Source of the DNA: Alphaproteobacteria bacterium
GTDB taxonomy: Bacteria > Pseudomonadota > Alphaproteobacteria > Micavibrionales > Micavibrionaceae
NCBI GenBank assembly: GCA_030426925.1
Contig: JAUHXT010000002.1
Location: 14,405-78,404 of the forward strand
Direction: 5' to 3'
Length of the DNA: 64,000 nucleotides
The translations under genes were made by a program, and so were the position numbers. Shown here one piece after another: positions 1 to 9,077 of this stretch; position 1 is the first letter of the stretch; each line of letters opens with the position of its first letter. The notes under the pieces were generated by a model. The model made no database searches and had not been told where the DNA came from. It worked only from the letters and a program-made list of their open reading frames with translations.

Positions 1-1
1 A

Positions 2-1693
2 GTGGGATTGCGGCGCGCCATTGCCAATACGGCGGAGCGTGTCGCACTTTTGGAAAAGCTGGCAACGTACAATGAAGAATTGCAAAAAGCGAAGGATAAG
101 GCCGAAAGGGCGGACAAGGCCAAAAGCGAATTCCTTGCGACGATGAGCCACGAAATCCGTACCCCTATGAACGGTATTATCGGCATGGCCGAATTACTGG
201 CTTACACGCATCTGAATGAAAAACAGGACAGGTTTGTAAATTCCATCCGCTCATCCGGCGAACTGTTGCTGACGATCATTAATGACGTTCTTGATTTCTC
301 GAAGATTGAGGCAAACGAACTGGAACTGGAATCCAAACCGGTCGAACTCGACAAACTGCTGACCGAAGTCATCCAGCTTCTGGGTAGTCGGGCCGCTCAA
401 AACCGGGTGGAATTGATTGTACGTTGGCCCAGTGACGGTGTTATGCCGGTTATCATGGCGGATGCGGTTCGTCTGCGGCAAATTCTTATTAACATTATCG
501 GTAACGCTATCAAATTTACAAAAGATGGACATGTCCTGATCAGCGTGAATACGCAGCCGCAGGAAAAGAACCAAACGAAGCTGCGCATTGAAATTCAGGA
601 TACCGGCATTGGCATTGCACCCGATAAGATCGACAAAATTTTTGGCGAATTTACGCAAGTGGACTCCTCAACAACACGCGAATTTGGTGGAACAGGCCTT
701 GGCCTTGCAATATGTAAGCGCCTCGTCGAAATGATGAACGGGGATATCGGCGTGGAAAGCGAACTGACCAAAGGGTCCTTGTTCTGGTTTGACGCAACCT
801 TCCCGCTGGCAAGGGACAATCAGATAGTCCTGCGAACCCCATACCACCAGTCTATGAAAGACAAGCGTGTTCTGATCGTAGATGATTATGAACTGAACGT
901 TGAATTGTTTGCATCATATCTGGAAGAAACCGGCGCATGTATCGATGGCACCACATCGGGCGCGCAGGCACTCGAAAAACTGCGCGTGTCAAAGGAAGAA
1001 GACAATCCCTATGATATTGTTATATCGGATTATGCTATGCCGAAAATGGATGGTGAGGTAATGTGTAAACGCATCACCAACAATCCGGAAATCTACGGAC
1101 GTCCTGACCTCATACTGGTAACGGCCCTGGGCAAGAAACAAAGTTTTGAAGCAATTAATAAATCCGGAATATCGGCGCATTTGTTTAAGCCGGTCTATCC
1201 CGAAACGCTGATTGACTGTTTGGCCAAAGTTGCGTCAGGGAACGTAGATCGTGGTGAGCTCTGCCTGACAGACGAGCACGAAGAAGAAGGGTTGCCGCAG
1301 ATTGGCGCACATGTTCTTGTCGTTGACGACGACCGTATCAGTCAGCGCATGGCAAAAAGCGCTTTGCGCGAATTGGGCTGTACCTACGATACGGCTGGCG
1401 ATGGCCAGGAAGCGTTATCGGTTCTCGAAGAACAGGCAGACCGGTACGACGTTGTCTTCATGGACTGGCAAATGCCTGTGATGGACGGACATGAAGCGAT
1501 CCGTGAAATTCGTCAAAAAGCTTGGGGAATAAACCTCAAAATTATTGCCCTGACGGCCAACGCCATTCATGGCGACAAGGAAAAATGCCTGCAGGCTGGT
1601 GCAGATATGTACTTAAGCAAGCCTGTGCGCGTGGCGGATGTGATCAGTGCCCTGAAACAGCTATTACCACGCGAACTGTCTAAAGCTGCCTAG
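2..1693 (+). CDS. Hybrid sensor histidine kinase/response regulator (5' end truncated by window edge)
   Basis: H-box [13 protein letters not shown]. HATPase motifs NAIKFT, DTGIGI and GGTGLGLAI. Two receiver domains follow ([10 protein letters not shown]...DYAMPKMDG and [10 protein letters not shown]...DWQMPVMDG...SKP). Confidence 0.9.
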   Translation: MGLRRAIANTAERVALLEKLATYNEELQKAKDKAERADKAKSEFLATMSHEIRTPMNGIIGMAELLAYTHLNEKQDRFVNSIRSSGELLLTIINDVLDFSKIEANELELESKPVELDKLLTEVIQLLGSRAAQNRVELIVRWPSDGVMPVIMADAVRLRQILINIIGNAIKFTKDGHVLISVNTQPQEKNQTKLRIEIQDTGIGIAPDKIDKIFGEFTQVDSSTTREFGGTGLGLAICKRLVEMMNGDIGVESELTKGSLFWFDATFPLARDNQIVLRTPYHQSMKDKRVLIVDDYELNVELFASYLEETGACIDGTTSGAQALEKLRVSKEEDNPYDIVISDYAMPKMDGEVMCKRITNNPEIYGRPDLILVTALGKKQSFEAINKSGISAHLFKPVYPETLIDCLAKVASGNVDRGELCLTDEHEEEGLPQIGAHVLVVDDDRISQRMAKSALRELGCTYDTAGDGQEALSVLEEQADRYDVVFMDWQMPVMDGHEAIREIRQKAWGINLKIIALTANAIHGDKEKCLQAGADMYLSKPVRVADVISALKQLLPRELSKAA

Positions 1694-1784
1694 GCTCCAA
1701 ATATTGCACAACACTCTGAGCGCAGCATGCCGGTTTTTCAAACTATCACTGTTCATACTCTGTGTTTTTGGCTAGCTTGTCAGA

Positions 1785-3308
1785 ATGTCGAATGACCGAA
1801 TTGACACGGACAGCATGAAAAAACTGAAAAGCGCGGAAAGGCTTATTCAATCCGGCCAGATTCCACAGGCAGTGCAGACATATAAAGAGGTTTTAAAAAA
1901 TTCTCCGGAATGCGCAGCAGCATATCGCGATCTCTCCACTTTGTATTTCAATATCGGGCAAAGAGAGGTCGCGTTGTCCCATATGGATAAAGCGATCGAA
2001 CTTGATGCGAAAGACCCCCTTGCGTTTTGCAGGCACGGGACAATGCTGCAAAGTTTTTCGCGCTTCGTTGATGCGGAAAGTTCGTTTAAGAAAGCCGTTG
2101 ATCTGGATCCGGAATATGAAGCGGGACAATCCAATTATGTCTCTGCACTCGAACGGCTGAACAAAATAAAAGAGGCGAGAACGCAACTGGACAAAGCCCG
2201 CAAACATCTGCCGGATAGTGCGCTTTTGACGATTATAGAAGCTGTCATTTTGAAGCGGGAGGGCAAGTTAAAGGAGGCCGTAAAAGTACTGGAGCGCGGA
2301 AACTATCCGGATGACCCCATGAACAGGATGCGCGCATACCACGAACTAGGTGTACTGTATGACCGTCTCGGCAATCCGGACAAGGCAATGAAGAATCTGG
2401 ATATCTGCAACGAACTTGCAATTAAAACATGGAATATCAACGACCAGTCCCGAGCCGCCATACTCAATAAAATTAAGGTCAGAAAGCAAGCCTTTTCAAA
2501 AGAATGGGTGCAAAGCTGGACACCAACGCCGGAATATACGAAACAAAAACCGCCGGTTTTCCTGTTTAGTTTCGCGCGCTCCGGCACGACCTTATTACAA
2601 CATATCCTGGACAGCCATCCGGCGATACAGGCACCGGAGGAAATACCCGCTATCCCGAAGATAGTGGAAATTCTGGAAAAGCAGGTAGGAAATATTCCCG
2701 CGTCTATCGCCAAAATGCCGGCATTGCCAATACAGCAGTTACAGGACCTCTATTTTAACATCCATAGACAAGACAGGGGCTGGCAGGGAAAGGATACACT
2801 GGTTGACAAATACCCGATGCTGACCAATGAAATTGGAATTGTTCACCGGTTATTTCCCAACGCGAAATATATTTTTGCTTACAGGCATCCTTGCGATTGC
2901 ATCCTGAGTTCATACATGCATTTTTTCGCCCCGAATGAGGCCATGCTTCATACTTACAGGCTGGATAGTATTGTGAACCTTTACTGCGAATACATGGATT
3001 TGTGGGCGCAGTATAAAAAATGTCTTCCGCTTGATGTTCACTATGTCCGGTATGAAGATATTGTCGATGACCCTGAAACGACGGTGAAGGGTGTTCTGGA
3101 TTTTATGGACGTAAAATGGGATGCCAGTGTTTTAGAGTTTGATAAAGCCGTGCGCGAAAAAGGGGACGTCAGGACACCCAGCTATTCTCAGGTCAGCGAG
3201 AAAATATATAAACGTGCGCAATATCGCTGGGAAAGATACAGGAAATACCTTCAACCATATATGAAACGGCTTGAGCCTTACATAAAAGAGCTGGGATATA
3301 CGGCCTGA
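1785..3308 (+). CDS. TPR-repeat protein fused to a PAPS-dependent sulfotransferase domain
   Basis: The N-terminal half is TPR-like (AYRDLSTLYFNIGQ, KAIELDAKDP, KAVDLDPEYE). The C-terminal half has the 5'-PSB-like motif FLFSFARSGTTLLQHIL and RYEDIVDDPE, typical of sulfotransferases. Confidence 0.85.
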   Translation: MSNDRIDTDSMKKLKSAERLIQSGQIPQAVQTYKEVLKNSPECAAAYRDLSTLYFNIGQREVALSHMDKAIELDAKDPLAFCRHGTMLQSFSRFVDAESSFKKAVDLDPEYEAGQSNYVSALERLNKIKEARTQLDKARKHLPDSALLTIIEAVILKREGKLKEAVKVLERGNYPDDPMNRMRAYHELGVLYDRLGNPDKAMKNLDICNELAIKTWNINDQSRAAILNKIKVRKQAFSKEWVQSWTPTPEYTKQKPPVFLFSFARSGTTLLQHILDSHPAIQAPEEIPAIPKIVEILEKQVGNIPASIAKMPALPIQQLQDLYFNIHRQDRGWQGKDTLVDKYPMLTNEIGIVHRLFPNAKYIFAYRHPCDCILSSYMHFFAPNEAMLHTYRLDSIVNLYCEYMDLWAQYKKCLPLDVHYVRYEDIVDDPETTVKGVLDFMDVKWDASVLEFDKAVREKGDVRTPSYSQVSEKIYKRAQYRWERYRKYLQPYMKRLEPYIKELGYTA

Positions 3309-3317
3309 TATATGAAA

Positions 3318-3394
3318 TGGTGGCGGTGCAGGGACTTGAACCCCGGACACAAGGATTATGATTCCTCTGCTCTAACCAGCTGAGCTACACCGCC
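3318..3394 (-). tRNA. tRNA with CAU anticodon (elongator tRNA-Met type; tRNA-Ile2/lysidine type cannot be excluded)
   Basis: The reverse complement GGCGGTGTAGCTCAGCTGGTTAGAGCAGAGGAATCATAATCCTTGTGTCCGGGGTTCAAGTCCCTGCACCGCCACCA folds by hand into a 77-nt cloverleaf. It has a 7-bp acceptor stem, anticodon loop AUCAUAA and an encoded CCA. A G1-C72 pair and a non-GGG anticodon stem argue against initiator tRNA. Confidence 0.9.
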
Positions 3395-3447
3395 CCAAGG
3401 CAAATAGATGCGTTTTATCGCCTTTTTTCATGGCTTTTGTCAAGCCA

Positions 3448-4593
3448 TTAAGCCGCCATCGGCAGGGCGGAATTCTCCGCCGCGATAATCCACCCGCCGC
3501 CCAGCACACGGGTTCCCGCATAACAGACCGCAGCCTGCCCAGGCGCTATACCGTATTGCGGTTCAGGCAAATGCAGTTCCGCCGTTCTATCGCCGGTTTT
3601 AACCAGGCGTGCAGGCGCAGGCCGTGACACGGACCGCAGTTTGGTTTCCACCGCCATCCCGTCAGCCGGAATGTCGGCCAGCCAGTTACAATCGCTCATA
3701 TATATGACATCGCGCGCCAGCGCCTCTTTTGGTCCGACAATTACGCGGTTGGCCGCCGGATCGATCCGCACGACATAAAAGGGCGCGTTGTCTTCACTGA
3801 CCCCGCCGCCAATGCCGATGCCTTTGCGCTGCCCGATCGTATAATTGACGATTCCGGTATGTTCACCGATAACGCAGCCGCTTAGGTCGACAATCTCTCC
3901 CGGCTGCTCCGCTTCCGGTTTTATCTTTTTGACAACGCTGGCATAATCGCCGTTCGGCACGAAGCAAATGTCCTGCGAGTCCGGTTTGTCACAGTTAAGC
4001 AGCCCAAGACGTTTCGCATGATCGCGCGTTATATCTTTCGTCCATCCACCCAGCGGGAAACGTAAAAAATCGAGCTGTTCCTGCGTCGTTGCGAACAGGA
4101 AATAGCTCTGGTCCTTGGTTTTATCGACGGCGCAATGCAATTCGGACTGCATCGTATCGTTATCGGTTAGGCGCTGGATATAATGCCCGGTCGCCATACA
4201 ATCGGCGCCAAGGTCATGCGCAACTTTCAACAGATCGCGGAATTTGACGGTCTGGTTACAGCGCACGCAAGGGATAGGGGTATGCCCTTGCATATAAGTA
4301 TCGACAAAGTCATCTATCACACTGTTTTTAAAGTTATCTTCGTAATTCAGGACGTAATGGGGGAAGCCTTTTTCCTCCGCCACGCGCTTGGCGTCGTATA
4401 TGTCCTGCCCGGCGCAGCATGCTCCTTTGCGTTCCACCGCCGCGCCGTAGTCATAGAGCTGCAGCGTCACGCCGACAACGTCATAGCCCTCTTCATGCAA
4501 CAGGGCAGCGGTGACGGAGCTGTCCACCCCGCCCGACATGGCGACCACAACGCGTGTGTCTTTCGGCTCTTTATCAAATCCCATTGAATTCAT
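3448..4593 (-). CDS. mnmA: tRNA 2-thiouridine(34) synthase MnmA
   Basis: PP-loop [13 protein letters not shown] and conserved CCAGQD and PCVRCN motifs over the full length. Start placed at the internal ATG (MNSMGFD...); the track ORF extends 12 codons further. Confidence 0.92.
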   Translation of the reverse strand: MNSMGFDKEPKDTRVVVAMSGGVDSSVTAALLHEEGYDVVGVTLQLYDYGAAVERKGACCAGQDIYDAKRVAEEKGFPHYVLNYEDNFKNSVIDDFVDTYMQGHTPIPCVRCNQTVKFRDLLKVAHDLGADCMATGHYIQRLTDNDTMQSELHCAVDKTKDQSYFLFATTQEQLDFLRFPLGGWTKDITRDHAKRLGLLNCDKPDSQDICFVPNGDYASVVKKIKPEAEQPGEIVDLSGCVIGEHTGIVNYTIGQRKGIGIGGGVSEDNAPFYVVRIDPAANRVIVGPKEALARDVIYMSDCNWLADIPADGMAVETKLRSVSRPAPARLVKTGDRTAELHLPEPQYGIAPGQAAVCYAGTRVLGGGWIIAAENSALPMAA

Positions 4594-4658
4594 GCGCCCC
4601 TTATATAGGAAAAACGCCGGAAAATGCAAGGAATCCCCGCACTTGTTGCGACTTTACC

Positions 4659-4742
4659 GTCATTGCGAGGAGGGCGGAAAGCCCGACGCGGCAATCCAGT
4701 ATTGTATGGATTGCTTCGTCGCCAAGGCTTCTCGCAATGATG
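4659..4742. repeat. Imperfect palindromic (REP/MITE-like) intergenic element
   Basis: Left arm cgtcattgcgagg...ggcaatcc, loop agtattgtat, right arm ggattgc...ctcgcaatgatg. The terminal tcattgcgag/ctcgcaatga and gcaatcc/ggattgc pair perfectly. Confidence 0.6.
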
Positions 4743-4794
4743 AGGCTTTTACCCATTTCTTTCAGTTCGTTGCAAAATGGCCCCGTTTCCAAAA

Positions 4795-5097
4795 TTAATC
4801 CGTTGTTTTTGTTTGGTTTTCTATCAGTTCGTTTTTCAGTAAACTGCGCGCGCGTACCATTTGCGCCGTTTCCATGGATGCAACAATCTGCGCCTGCAAT
4901 AGAAAAGCGGCGTTCAGTTCCAGCAGGTCGTGATAGGGGGCCAGGGTGCGGCTGTTGCGCCCGTGCTTGAGGGCATTGAGCGAAGAGCGCAGCTTGCCTT
5001 TCGGTGTTTTTGGCCCGGTCGATTGTTCCCATGGCCGCTGCGCCCGGCATCGTTCTGCCTGCCGCTGGCGTCTTTCCTCTGTCCACTCATAAGGCAT
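4795..5097 (-). CDS. Hypothetical small basic protein (100 aa)
   Basis: Open frame only. No family recognised and no clear SD. It competes with overlapping alternative-frame ORFs. Confidence 0.4.
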   Translation of the reverse strand: MPYEWTEERRQRQAERCRAQRPWEQSTGPKTPKGKLRSSLNALKHGRNSRTLAPYHDLLELNAAFLLQAQIVASMETAQMVRARSLLKNELIENQTKTTD

Positions 5098-5151
5098 ACA
5101 CCTATAATAGGACAGAATTCCTATAAAATCAAGGGGGAATATGAAAATTTA

Positions 5152-5179
5152 TTGACAGTTTATCCCTGTTCTTTATATC
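5152..5179 (+). promoter_or_regulatory. Candidate sigma70-type promoter for the 5203 gene
   Basis: TTGACA (5152-5157), a 16-nt spacer, then TATATC (5174-5179), about 25 nt upstream of the AAGGA SD and ATG 5203. Confidence 0.3.
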
Positions 5180-5202
5180 TGCTGGGAACAAAGGATAAAA
5201 CG

Positions 5203-5532
5203 ATGACGACCACAGAAATCACAACAGATGCGACGCCGACACCGGATTTTGAAGCAGTCGCGAAAGCGTATGGCATTAAAGCACCTGTTCAGCGCGGTAT
5301 ATTGAAGGCGATGATCGACCATCCGTATGTGACCCTGATAAAATTGCCGCAGCAAAACGTAGCTCTTGTTGGGAAGGCGCACGGAACCTTAACCAAAGCT
5401 ATTTCTGAGCTGGTGAACAAGCGTAGCTTACCGATCACCAAAGAACGGCCAATAGATAGTGGTGGTACACAATATACGCGTTATTATCTGAACAAAGCAG
5501 AAGTCGCAAGACACCTCGGTTTGGACAAGTGA
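5203..5532 (+). CDS. Small hypothetical protein, possible HTH/winged-helix DNA binder
   Basis: ATG at 5203 is preceded by AAGGA. The track ORF from 4930 is rejected as a 5' extension running through the promoter region. HTH-like segment GTLTKAISELVNKRSLPI. Its stop overlaps the GTG start of the next gene (GTGA). Confidence 0.6.
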   Translation: MTTTEITTDATPTPDFEAVAKAYGIKAPVQRGILKAMIDHPYVTLIKLPQQNVALVGKAHGTLTKAISELVNKRSLPITKERPIDSGGTQYTRYYLNKAEVARHLGLDK

Positions 5533-6188
5533 CATATAAGATAGAAACAGTCGCAGTTTTTGGGGCGTCCAGACTTGGCAACGACCCGGCCTTTGCGAAA
5601 GAGATGTTCGAAATCGGGCGCCTGTTGGCGCTTGAAGGTAAAACGGTCTGTGTCGGCGGTCTCACCGGATTGACCGAGCAGGCGGTTTTGGGCGTGCTGT
5701 CCGCCGGTGGAGCGGTGAAGGTCTTCCTTATCCCCGGGCAGCAGGCAAGCAGCTTGGAAAATTGCAGGAAACTGGGAATCGAACATACACCGGTAGACCG
5801 TGATAATACGCGCACACTGGAATTGTTAAGATGCGATGCCTGGGTATCGGGGCCGGGCGGGGCCGGGACGATAGCGGAAAGCGCCCGTGGCATCGGCTGG
5901 AATTACGACAGGCGCATCCGGGATTGTGACCGGATTATTACACCGCATTTCATTCTGGATATGGGAGCCACCAACAAGCGCCTTGTGGAAGCCTATATGG
6001 GTGCCGTGTCCGATGGGCTTGCAGAACCTTCAGTCCTGAAAAATTTTGAAATGGTCTGTGACGCGGAGGCGCTGATTATCCGGATGGGAAAATTTGAGGA
6101 AGCGCAAAATCTTCCCGAAAACCCACCTACCAGTCCACATCCGCGCCCGGCAGGGCAACCTGCATCCCGTCCAGCTCCTCGCGCATAA
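5529..6188 (+). CDS. LOG-family (COG1611-like) Rossmann-fold nucleotide-binding protein
   Basis: VAVFGASR..., GGLTGL and GPGGAGTIAE match the GGGxGxM / PGGxGTxxE signatures of LOG / lysine-decarboxylase-like proteins. GTG start. The last ~20 codons are antisense to the ferredoxin gene. Confidence 0.75.
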   Translation: MTYKIETVAVFGASRLGNDPAFAKEMFEIGRLLALEGKTVCVGGLTGLTEQAVLGVLSAGGAVKVFLIPGQQASSLENCRKLGIEHTPVDRDNTRTLELLRCDAWVSGPGGAGTIAESARGIGWNYDRRIRDCDRIITPHFILDMGATNKRLVEAYMGAVSDGLAEPSVLKNFEMVCDAEALIIRMGKFEEAQNLPENPPTSPHPRPAGQPASRPAPRA

Positions 6189-6465
6189 TAATCTGGCAGG
6201 TCAGGCGCGATGCTTTTTTCAAATCGAACGCAAGGTCGAGCATATCTTCTTCGTCCTCGCTGATCTCGCCGTCTTCGGGCAAAGATTTTTCCCAGTAATC
6301 TGGATGGACATAGGCATGACAGGTCGCGCAGGACAGCGATCCGCCGCACGCGCCTTCGATCGGGTCGATCCCGTTCTTGATCGCGATTTCCATGACCGAC
6401 AGGCCGATGGGGGCGTCTACCTGCTGTTCGCGTCCGTCTTTGAATATGAAAGTGATGGTCGGCAT
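6127..6465 (-). CDS. fdx: 2Fe-2S ferredoxin (adrenodoxin type)
   Basis: CGGSLSCATCH...C cluster-binding pattern. Length of 112 aa. Lies immediately downstream of a cysteine desulfurase. Confidence 0.9.
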   Translation of the reverse strand: MPTITFIFKDGREQQVDAPIGLSVMEIAIKNGIDPIEGACGGSLSCATCHAYVHPDYWEKSLPEDGEISEDEEDMLDLAFDLKKASRLTCQIIMREELDGMQVALPGADVDW

Positions 6466-6469
6466 CGTG

Positions 6470-7573
6470 TTATTTCTTCTGGCGTTGAACCATATCGCTC
6501 CATGCGTCGATGAAGCGGTCTATATCGTCCGGCGTTGTAGCCCAGCCCGATGAAATACGCAAGGCCGTGGACGCATCATCGTCATTCATGCCCATGGCTT
6601 TCAATACGTGGGAGGGTTTGAACGATCCTGAAGAACAAGCAGAGCCGGAGCTGACGGCTATGCCCGCTAGGTCGAGCGCCATCAGCTGCGTTTGCGCCGT
6701 AACACCGGGTAGGCCGATATTCGATGTGTTGCCGATGCGCGCTGTGTTGTTGGAGCAGATCACGATAGCTGGGCATACGTCCTTCATCCGCGCTTCCATG
6801 TCATCGCGCATTTTCGACAATGTATCGTAATGGCTGATATGCTGAGCCGCCAGTTCCGCCGCCACGCCGAAGCCCGCAATGCCCGCCACGTTGACGGTCC
6901 CCCCGCGTTGCATGCGTTCCTGCGTGCCGCCCTTCATAAATTTTTCAAATGTGAGACCGGAACGGAAAACAAACGCGCCCACGCCCTGCGGCCCCGCCAT
7001 TTTATGCGCGGACAGCGACATGAAATCGACGCCCAGGTCGTTGAAATCAAGCGGGATGCGCCCCGCGCCTTGCACTGCGTCGGTATGGACCAGCGCACCT
7101 TTTGCTTTCGCCAGTCGTGCAATCTCCTGCACCGGCTGGATCGCACCCGTTTCGCTGTTGACCAGCATGACGGAGATAATGGCCGGCGGCTCCCCGTCAT
7201 TCAGCATGCGTTCAAATGCATCCATATCAACGACGCCGTCTCTGGTAACCGGGATCATCTCCGCATGCGGAGCCGATTGCATCACGGCCGGGTGTTCAAT
7301 GGCAGAGATCAGCACGCGCTTGCCTTTAAATGCATGCAGGGCCGTGTTGTTGGATTCCGTCGCACCGGACGTAAACACGATTTGATTGGGGGAAACACCG
7401 ATCAGATCGCCCACCTGTTTGCGCGCTGCTTCAACCGTGCCCCGTGCGCGCTGTCCGAACTGGTGGACGGACGATGCGTTGCCCACCTCGCCCATGACCG
7501 CGCGCACCCGTTCGATAACGTCGGGGCGGGCAGGCGCAGTGGCATTATAGTCAAGATAGACAGGCGTTTTCAT
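6470..7573 (-). CDS. Cysteine desulfurase (NifS/IscS-like class V aminotransferase)
   Basis: VYLDYNATAP start region, PLP lysine motif SLSAHKMAGPQG and active-site loop SSGSACSSG. Start moved to the internal ATG (MKTPVYLDYN). Confidence 0.9.
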   Translation of the reverse strand: MKTPVYLDYNATAPARPDVIERVRAVMGEVGNASSVHQFGQRARGTVEAARKQVGDLIGVSPNQIVFTSGATESNNTALHAFKGKRVLISAIEHPAVMQSAPHAEMIPVTRDGVVDMDAFERMLNDGEPPAIISVMLVNSETGAIQPVQEIARLAKAKGALVHTDAVQGAGRIPLDFNDLGVDFMSLSAHKMAGPQGVGAFVFRSGLTFEKFMKGGTQERMQRGGTVNVAGIAGFGVAAELAAQHISHYDTLSKMRDDMEARMKDVCPAIVICSNNTARIGNTSNIGLPGVTAQTQLMALDLAGIAVSSGSACSSGSFKPSHVLKAMGMNDDDASTALRISSGWATTPDDIDRFIDAWSDMVQRQKK

Positions 7574-7582
7574 TACCGCAGT

Positions 7583-7612
7583 GTTATAGGAGATAAGCAC
7601 TTGACTTGACAA
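7583..7612 (-). promoter_or_regulatory. Candidate promoter placing the transcription start within a few nt of the desulfurase ATG
   Basis: The minus strand reads TTGTCA-18 nt-TATAAC, with the -10 ending 9 nt before ATG 7573. No SD lies between them. Confidence 0.25.
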
Positions 7613-7787
7613 TAGAATAGTCGAAAGGGAGAAAGTTACGTAAATAGCAGTGCGGCAGCAGTCCACAAGAAAATCAATCACTTAGCAGATTTATTTGGAC
7701 ATTTATGATTCGCCTCATTATAAAATCAGCATTTGTAAACGTGGTATTACATAAGAGTCCATTCACTAATAATCCACGAGGGAATAT

Positions 7788-8465
7788 ATGCCAGAGATTA
7801 TTTTTAACGGCCCGTCGGGTCGCCTTGAAGGTCGTTATTATCATTCAAAAACACCGAACGCGCCTTTAGCGCTTATTCTTCATCCCAGCCCCGAACGCGG
7901 CGGCACCATGAACAACAAAATCACCTACATGATGTATCAGGCGATGGTCGCACGCGGTTTTTCCACGATGCGCTTCAACTTTCGCGGGGTCGGAAAATCA
8001 CAAGGTGTGTTTGATCGCGGCGAAGGCGAATTGTCCGATGCGGCAGCCGCCCTCGACTGGATGCAGGAAATCAACCAGAACGCCCCTTACGTTTGGGTCG
8101 CCGGTTTTTCATTCGGCGCGTGGATAGGCATGCAGCTTTTGATGCGCCGCCCGGAAATCGAAGGATTTATTTCCGTCGCCCCGCCGGCCGATGAACATGA
8201 CTTCAGCTTCCTGGCGCCGTGCCCGTCTTCCGGCCTGATTATCCAGGGTGGACGCGACGACGTCGTGGAAAAGGAAGACGTTGCCAAGCTGGTTGAAAAA
8301 CTGCACCAGCAAAAGGGAATTGAAATCGACCACCGCATGGTGGAAGGCGCCAACCACTTCTTCCATGAAAAGACGGACGACCTGATTGGTCATATTCATG
8401 ATCACATGAATAATGCAGAAAATGCTGGCCTCAGTGTTCCGGTTGACGTTAAAATCGCTGCTTAG
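7788..8465 (+). CDS. Alpha/beta hydrolase (COG2945-like)
   Basis: LALILHPSPERGGTMNNK, the nucleophile-elbow-like GFSFGAW, and a ~225-aa length typical of this widespread family. Confidence 0.85.
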   Translation: MPEIIFNGPSGRLEGRYYHSKTPNAPLALILHPSPERGGTMNNKITYMMYQAMVARGFSTMRFNFRGVGKSQGVFDRGEGELSDAAAALDWMQEINQNAPYVWVAGFSFGAWIGMQLLMRRPEIEGFISVAPPADEHDFSFLAPCPSSGLIIQGGRDDVVEKEDVAKLVEKLHQQKGIEIDHRMVEGANHFFHEKTDDLIGHIHDHMNNAENAGLSVPVDVKIAA

Positions 8466-8503
8466 AAACTGATTCGCGCAGAACTTTTTCAAGCACATTA
8501 ATT

Positions 8504-8531
8504 AAAAAGCGGCTCTCTAGGCCGCTTTTTT
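8504..8531. terminator. Bidirectional intrinsic terminator between convergent genes
   Basis: AAAAAGCGGC-tctctag-GCCGCTTTTTT: a 6-bp GC stem flanked by an A-run and a T-run. It overlaps the bcp stop codon. Confidence 0.6.
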
Positions 8532-8996
8532 GTTGGCTTTTATGGCATCCATCACCGCGTCGATATGGCCGTCTACCTTCACCTTGCGCCAGATCTGTTC
8601 GATCTTGCCGTTTTCATCGATCAGGAACGTCGTGCGCTCAATACCCATATATGTCTTCCCGTACATGGACTTTTCCGCCCACACGCCGTAGCGTTCGCAC
8701 ACATCGGAATTTTCATCGGACGCCAGCGGGAAGTTCAGCCCGTATTTTTCCTTGAACTTCTCGTGCTTCGCCACGCTGCACTTGGAAATGCCGATCACCT
8801 GCGCATCCATTTTGTTAAAGGTCGCCATACTGTCTTTGAACCCGCAGGCTTCCTTGGTACAGCCGGGCGTGTCGTCTTTTGGATAGAAATAGACGACCAC
8901 TTTCTGCCCCTTCAGGCTTTTGAGCGAAATTTCGCCGTTTCCGTCGGTCGGCAGTTTGAAATCCGGGGCGCTATCGCCTATCTTTAATTCAGTCAT
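8517..8996 (-). CDS. bcp: Thioredoxin-dependent thiol peroxidase (peroxiredoxin Bcp)
   Basis: FYPKDDTPGCTKEAC peroxidatic Cys motif. Start at ATG 8996 with an AAAGGA SD. Confidence 0.9.
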   Translation of the reverse strand: MTELKIGDSAPDFKLPTDGNGEISLKSLKGQKVVVYFYPKDDTPGCTKEACGFKDSMATFNKMDAQVIGISKCSVAKHEKFKEKYGLNFPLASDENSDVCERYGVWAEKSMYGKTYMGIERTTFLIDENGKIEQIWRKVKVDGHIDAVMDAIKANKKAA

Positions 8997-9077
8997 GGAA
9001 CGTCCTTTCCGTAATTCAATAAACACTGGAAAAAGGCAAAGATTGCCCTCTGGTCATAGCGTAAAAAATCGTGCTTT

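Noticed and set aside
4554-5086. 138-aa and 161-aa ORFs (4554-4970 plus strand, 4601-5086 minus strand) between mnmA and the 5203 gene
   Set aside because: They run through the palindromic repeat and overlap each other in different frames. No motifs were found. Only the 100-aa ORF (4795-5097) was kept, at low confidence.
6830-7609. 259-aa plus-strand ORF (and 6879-7385) inside the cysteine desulfurase gene
   Set aside because: It is antisense to a gene with an unambiguous PLP-lysine and active-site Cys loop. The translation is Arg/His-rich with no recognisable domain.
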